Made by a program: the position numbers and the translations under genes
In this document: positions 61,973 to 64,000 of the stretch, in pieces
Layout of the letters: every line of letters begins with the position of its first letter
Numbering within the stretch: position 1 is the first letter of the stretch
Notes under the pieces: generated by a model
What the model saw: the letters and a program-made list of their open reading frames with translations, nothing else
Databases searched by the model: none
What the model was told of the DNA's origin: nothing
Assembly: GCA_019416935.1 (NCBI GenBank)
Contig: DXWI01000003.1
Coordinates: 60,583 to 124,582, forward strand
Origin: Clostridiales bacterium
GTDB lineage: Bacteria > Bacillota > Clostridia > Christensenellales > CAG-138
Length of the DNA stretch: 64,000 nucleotides
Direction: 5' to 3'

Positions 61973-64000
61973 ATGAGGAAAAGATTTTTGGCAATGCTGC
62001 TGTGCCTGTGCATGGTGGTTACGCTACTGCCAACGACGGCGTTTGCGTCAGGAACGGACACAGGCAAGGCAATACAGCTTGTGAATAGCGGAACTGCCGC
62101 AAATATCAGCGGCGGACAGGCCGGCAGTATTTATTTCGGCACCTATCAGCAAAGCCACGTCGCGTGGGGCAGATACAACATCGACCCCATCAAATGGCGT
62201 GTGCTGTCCAATGCGGATGGAAAGCTGTTTTTGCTCTCCGACCAAACCCTTGATGCATTTAAATACCACAGTAATTTAGAGAGCGTGGCATGGGGAACCA
62301 GCACCATGCGTTCTTGGCTGAATGGCTACGATGCATCTTCTAATACCGGTGGCAACGATGGAATGGATTACAGCACAGATAACTTCGTGGATACCGCCTT
62401 TTCAGAAAAGGAACAGGGTTCTATCTTCACAACGACAGTAATCAATGCCGACAATCCCTCTTATTCCACCGAAGGCGGCATTGATACACGGGATAAGGTG
62501 TTCTTGCTTTCTCTTGCTGAAGCAACAAATACTGCTTACGGATTTACAGATTCAAACAGCGACACAGATACCCGAAAAGCAACCAATACAGCTTATGTAG
62601 CAAATGGCGGCAAGTCAGGTACAAACCAAATGCGCGGTGCCGGCGTAGCCGACCGCTGGTGGCTGCGCTCCCCCGGCGACGATGCGCACGACGCAGCGCT
62701 CGTGCTTGGCAAGGGCAGTGTTGCCGATTCTGGGGCTTACGTGTCCAACGCTTACGGCGTTCGCCCCGCTTTTAACCTAAATCTGAATTCTGTTCTCTTC
62801 ACATCTGCCGCCGCAGGCGGCAAGAACGGAACACTTGGTACTGTTTCTGAAATTCCAACTACCACCACATCGGAATGGAAATTGACGTTGAAAGACAGCA
62901 GCCGCAATTTTGCCGTAACAGAAACCGCCGCAACAGCACCCCCCCGGAGGTACAGTCACGCTGAACTATACCGGGGCGACCACAGGGGAAAATGAATATC
63001 TCTCCGTAATGATTGTGAACAGCACCGGTGCTGCGACACATTACGGCAGAGTAACACAGCCCGCAAACGAAAGCGGTGAGGTTGATGTTACAATCCCCGC
63101 AGGGCTTGCCGATGGCAGCTATACGCTGAAAGTGTTCAACGAGCAGTACAATGGCAGCGCGAACGATGATACGAAGAAAACAGACTACGCCAGTGCATTT
63201 GATGAAGTAGCCCTTACCGTTGGAAACACCCCCGCACCCATTGACGCTTCCGTAACTCCGACTACGGCAAGCTATGATAAGTACACAGCGACAAGCGGCT
63301 TGACCTTTACCTTGTCGCCGGGAAGCTACAGCCTTTCCGCTATCAAAAATGGTGAGACTGCATTGACAAGCGGAACAGATTACACCACTGACGGCAACAG
63401 CTACACCATTACGGAAAGCTATCTTGACGCACAGGCAGTGGGCAATTTGACGCTGACCTTTGACATGGACGGCGGCACCGCTCCAACTGCGACAATTACG
63501 ATTTCGGACAGTAGACCTGCACCCACACATACCCATGATTGGGCTGAGGGCTGGTCTAAGAACGACACCCACCACTGGCATGAGTGCGAGGCGGCTGGCT
63601 GTACCATAACGGAAAACAGCACAAAGGACGGCTACGGCGCTCACGTTTATGACGATGACACGGACATCTTCTGCAATACCTGTGATTATAAGCGGACGAT
63701 CACGCCGCCTGCACATACCCATTCGTGGGCGGCAGCGTGGACAACAAACGTCACCCACCATTGGCATGAGCGTACCGCCACCGGCTGTACCGTAACCGAA
63801 AACAGCGCAAAGGACGGCTACGGCGCTCACGTTTATGACGATGACACGGACATCTTCTGCAATACCCGTGATTATAAGCGGACGATCACGCCGCCGTCCG
63901 GACCGACTGTTGCGCCTACGGTAGAGCCTCCCGACACCGCACCGGACAGGACGATTACGGTTGTCGCGGGTGATACGGCGACCCTGTCCGTTACGGCAAC
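61973..64000 (+). pseudogene. secreted DUF6273-domain surface protein, frameshifted at a C7 tract and continuing past the window end
   Basis: Signal peptide MRKRFLAMLLCLCMVVTLLPTTAFA. DUF6273-like blocks IKWRVL, LFLLSD, STMRSWLNG, KVFLLSL, WWLRSPG and GVRPAFNL. After CCCCCCC (62939-62945) the +1 frame stays open to position 64000 (GGTVTLNYTGATTGENEYL...). Confidence 0.6.
63528..63899 (+). repeat. 186-bp tandem duplication (2 copies) encoding a His/Cys/Trp-rich 62-aa module
   Basis: Copy 1 starts at 63528 and copy 2 at 63714. The 3' ~90 nt of the copies differ at a single base. Confidence 0.85.

Noticed and set aside
58860-64000. Calling the island an ICE, transposon or prophage
   Set aside because: No integrase, recombinase, relaxase, transposase, terminal inverted repeats, att-like direct repeats or tRNA target are visible within the window. 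Only composition and gene content hint at horizontal origin.

Overview
This is a high-GC chromosome segment of Clostridia type. spmA/spmB, a CotH kinase, murG plus a PBP, and accessory genes of an NADH-dependent [FeFe]-hydrogenase point to a spore-forming anaerobe; that taxon call is inference only. I support about 65 protein genes, mostly on the minus strand. I saw no rRNA, tRNA, CRISPR array, integrase or transposase. All product names come from reading the translations and recalling families; no HMM or BLAST search was run.

Layout:
- 1-4.9 kb: hydrogenase NuoE/NuoF-like subunits with seven regulatory-type genes between them, including a sensory-type [FeFe]-hydrogenase homolog.
- 5.2-8.3 kb: galE, a nucleotidyltransferase, an MBL hydrolase and a glyoxalase.
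- 8.5-15 kb: envelope proteins, a lipoprotein barnase with barstar, sanA-like and a priming sugar transferase.
- 15.5-21 kb: methyltransferase, murG and PBP.
- 21-24 kb: iron/B12-type ABC importer.
- 24.2-28.4 kb: spmAB, two tandem XRE paralogs with AT-rich palindromes, deoD and asnA.
- 28.6-33.2 kb: CotH-VTC-DUF4956 operon.
- 33.4-37.9 kb: MoxR-DUF58-transglutaminase operon with a duplicated 3' end.
- 40-50 kb: a terminator-bounded, same-strand run of ten ORFs. It encodes zinc-ribbon, SPFH and AIM24 proteins, lipoproteins and small membrane proteins. This is my best candidate for an undescribed envelope or membrane-stress system.
- 50.2-57 kb: two LuxR-type sensing modules directly upstream of that cluster.
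- 58.9-64 kb: a visibly more AT-rich island with an HTH, a sigma factor, small membrane proteins, a PrsW-like protease and a DUF6273 surface protein. Most of its genes are frameshifted.

Almost every frameshift I can localise sits in a G/C homopolymer, so assembly error and real decay or phase variation cannot be separated from sequence alone. Many long ORFs in the track are antisense shadow ORFs and are not reported.
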